From an uncultured Bacteroides sp. (GTDB lineage Bacteria > Bacteroidota > Bacteroidia > Bacteroidales > Bacteroidaceae): 64,000 nt of DNA. Of this stretch, positions 61,890 through 64,000 are shown in pieces; the first letter of the stretch is position 1; every line of letters starts with the position of its first letter. Location: NCBI RefSeq assembly GCF_900544075.1, contig NZ_UQTJ01000001.1; one strand, written 5' to 3'. The position numbers and the translations under genes were made by a program. The notes below the pieces were generated by a model. It searched no databases, was not told the origin of the DNA, and saw nothing but the letters and a program-made list of their open reading frames with translations.

Positions 61890-61954
61890 CAAAAATATAG
61901 CTACCGGGCAAATACATAGTGTAATATTTGTTTTATAGAGTATACTTATTGGTA
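61890..61954 (-). promoter_or_regulatory. GH28 promoter with candidate HTCS direct repeat
   Basis: -7 box TATTTTTG (61897-61890); TGTAATATTTGTT at 61920, same offset as in the uxaB promoter. Confidence 0.5.
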
Positions 61955-61975
61955 GACTTCCCTATTAAAACAATC

Positions 61976-63442
61976 TTAATACAGATGATTTACCAAACCA
62001 TTGATATAAACCTCTAAGTTGGTATAAGAAGCATCAAGACTATACACAGCACCGTCACTCGGGTCATTAGGGTTCAGTCCGTTTTTCTTTTCCCATTCAT
62101 CCGGCATTCCGTCACCGTCCGTATCTGCAGGAGCTTCAGTCTGTTTGTATTCCCCCCATCCTCCTACATCCTTAGGCTGGTCTATCATTCCGTTAGTACT
62201 TCCGTGCGAACCTTCGTATGTATAAATTCCGTTTCTTACCTCTTTCACGATACGTTCATCATGCCTGTCGCGATGCAGAGATGCACCGGCATATTTCAGT
62301 ACAGATTCAAAAGCATCCCAAGTAGACTGCAATGAAGTATGTTCCGCTATCTGAAATGGTTTCTTCACCAACAGTTCATCAGCAGGAGCAAAATCATTCT
62401 TTATCACCAGTCCTAAAGAGTTATCCTTGTTGACAGGCATAATGGCCTTGCGTTGTTTCTCCGACAGTTTAGAGCATGTAGGGTCTATATAATTTCCGCT
62501 GAAGCAGAACACCCCATGAGTACCTTTGACATTCTTATTCTTGCCATCATCAGGATAAGCCGTAAACAGACGTTTATACGATGACTTTGTAGCCGTGAAA
62601 GGTCCCGGTTTGTAATAATTGTTTATAAAGTTATAAGAACCGCCCTCACCGGCATAAGCACCATCGTTACCATAATTATAAATCACATTATTGAACAACT
62701 CGACTTTTTCCTCTTCAGGCTTACCTGTGTAACGGCTGCCGCAAAGGCGTGGAGTGCGGTTAGTATGATGAGCCAAGAGATTATGATGGAACGAAGCCCC
62801 CTGACCGCCCCAAATGCCTCCATAGCCATGAGCACCTTTTTCATGAATAGAATTGGCCAGACTTTCGCTTATTATACACCACTGCATAGTAAAGTTGCTG
62901 TTGTTATAGAACGTAGCACACTCGTCAGTACTCCAGCTTGCCGAACAATGGTCTATGATGATGTTCTTGTGGTTCTTATAACCGTTCATCGCATCATCAC
63001 CCTTCTGCACTATATCAGCCCCCATACGCGAACGGATGAACCTCACTATCACATTATCCGCCTGTATTCCGAAAGTATAGTTTTTCAGACATATACCGTC
63101 ACCCGGAGCAGTCTGTCCCGCTATAGTTACGTCACCGTTTGAAATCTTCAGCGGACTTGTCAGTTCTATTATGCCGCTCACAGCAAAAACTATAGTGCGC
63201 GGTCCTTTCTTCTTGATAGCCCAGCGCAATGTTCCTTCAGAACCATCATCTTTAAGCGAAGTTACTGTATAGACTGCACCTCCGGCACCACCTGTAGTAT
63301 ATTTGCCTGCTCCGTCCGCACCAGGGAAAGCCGGAACCTTGGTTCTGTCCGGAACCGGATAATTGTTTGCCACTGCGGTTTCTGCCGATAATAAACCGAT
63401 ACTGAACACTCCTATCAAACTATTCAATATAAATCTTTTCAT
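61976..63442 (-). CDS. Pectate lyase (PL1)
   Basis: [36 protein letters not shown] and [12 protein letters not shown] motifs. Confidence 0.93.
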   Translation of the reverse strand: MKRFILNSLIGVFSIGLLSAETAVANNYPVPDRTKVPAFPGADGAGKYTTGGAGGAVYTVTSLKDDGSEGTLRWAIKKKGPRTIVFAVSGIIELTSPLKISNGDVTIAGQTAPGDGICLKNYTFGIQADNVIVRFIRSRMGADIVQKGDDAMNGYKNHKNIIIDHCSASWSTDECATFYNNSNFTMQWCIISESLANSIHEKGAHGYGGIWGGQGASFHHNLLAHHTNRTPRLCGSRYTGKPEEEKVELFNNVIYNYGNDGAYAGEGGSYNFINNYYKPGPFTATKSSYKRLFTAYPDDGKNKNVKGTHGVFCFSGNYIDPTCSKLSEKQRKAIMPVNKDNSLGLVIKNDFAPADELLVKKPFQIAEHTSLQSTWDAFESVLKYAGASLHRDRHDERIVKEVRNGIYTYEGSHGSTNGMIDQPKDVGGWGEYKQTEAPADTDGDGMPDEWEKKNGLNPNDPSDGAVYSLDASYTNLEVYINGLVNHLY

Positions 63443-63455
63443 AACAATCGTCTAT

Positions 63456-64000
63456 TTAATATAAATCCTCTACCAAACTATTATAATATACCTCAAGATT
63501 AGTATATTCCTTACTCAAATTATATTTAGAGCTGTCGTCCTTGTTTTTGTCAAGTCCATTCTTTTCTTCCCAATAATCAGGAATACCGTCTTTATCTGTA
63601 TCCAACTGGGTAGTACCTTTTGAATAAGTAGGCCAACCACCTACATCGTTTGCATTGTCGATAATACCCCATTTACTGCCATTACTGCCTTCAGCAGTAT
63701 AATCACCATTAATCACATTATTAACAATCCTTTCGTCAACAGCATCTCTTCTCGTTGATACTCCAGCCTTGGAAAGAACTGCTTCATAAGCATCCACAGC
63801 AGACTGTGTGAATTCATTCGCATCGGAGGATATCAGGAACTCTGTATATGATTTCAATGCCTCTATTCCACCTTCAGGTAAAGACACAATCTTATCATCA
63901 GAACCTTTATTCGGGTGAAGTCCTACCCAATTGTCCTGATTTACATTATCAATAAGAATTTTCTCTGCATCTGTTATCTTTGAACAGGAACCGTCAAAAT
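63456..64000 (-). CDS. Pectate lyase (PL1-like) C-terminal part; start lies beyond the right edge
   Basis: Frame open to the window end (FDGSCSKITD...); RDAVDERIV, DVGGWP, DTDKDGIPDYWE and YTNLEVY match the neighbouring PL1. Confidence 0.85.
   Translation of the reverse strand, partial: FDGSCSKITDAEKILIDNVNQDNWVGLHPNKGSDDKIVSLPEGGIEALKSYTEFLISSDANEFTQSAVDAYEAVLSKAGVSTRRDAVDERIVNNVINGDYTAEGSNGSKWGIIDNANDVGGWPTYSKGTTQLDTDKDGIPDYWEEKNGLDKNKDDSSKYNLSKEYTNLEVYYNSLVEDLY

Overview
Chromosomal window from a Bacteroidales (Bacteroides/Phocaeicola-like) gut bacterium, inferred from SusC/SusD genes, a hybrid two-component system (HTCS) and TAnnTTTG promoters. 1-16 kb: an AT-rich, minus-strand polysaccharide utilization locus (PUL) with anti-sigma, SusC, SusD, sulfatase, two paralogous beta-propeller-like lipoproteins, GH78 and a GH20 cut by the window edge. 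It has no adjacent ECF sigma and is preceded by a mannitol dehydrogenase/MFS pair. 16.5-35 kb: core genes (TonB receptor, HIT, greA, pnp, Ca-ATPase, ribF, DEAD helicase, ruvB), plus an MNT-HEPN toxin-antitoxin pair lying between a tRNA(CAU) and a degenerate duplicate of its 3' end. 35.3-39.8 kb is the most notable locus: a tyrosine recombinase next to an 868-aa collagen-repeat surface lipoprotein gene. The whole gene is bracketed by 16-bp inverted sites, and a promoter outside the segment faces it from the 3' side, which suggests phase variation by whole-gene inversion, captured here in the predicted OFF state. 40-64 kb: pckA, then a pectin cluster (GH105, CE12-CE8, CE7, HTCS, GH43, DUF4861-like, GH28, two PL1) with an embedded uxaB-uxaA-exuT-uxaC operon sharing a candidate activator motif. 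All calls come from reading motifs by eye; no searches were run.
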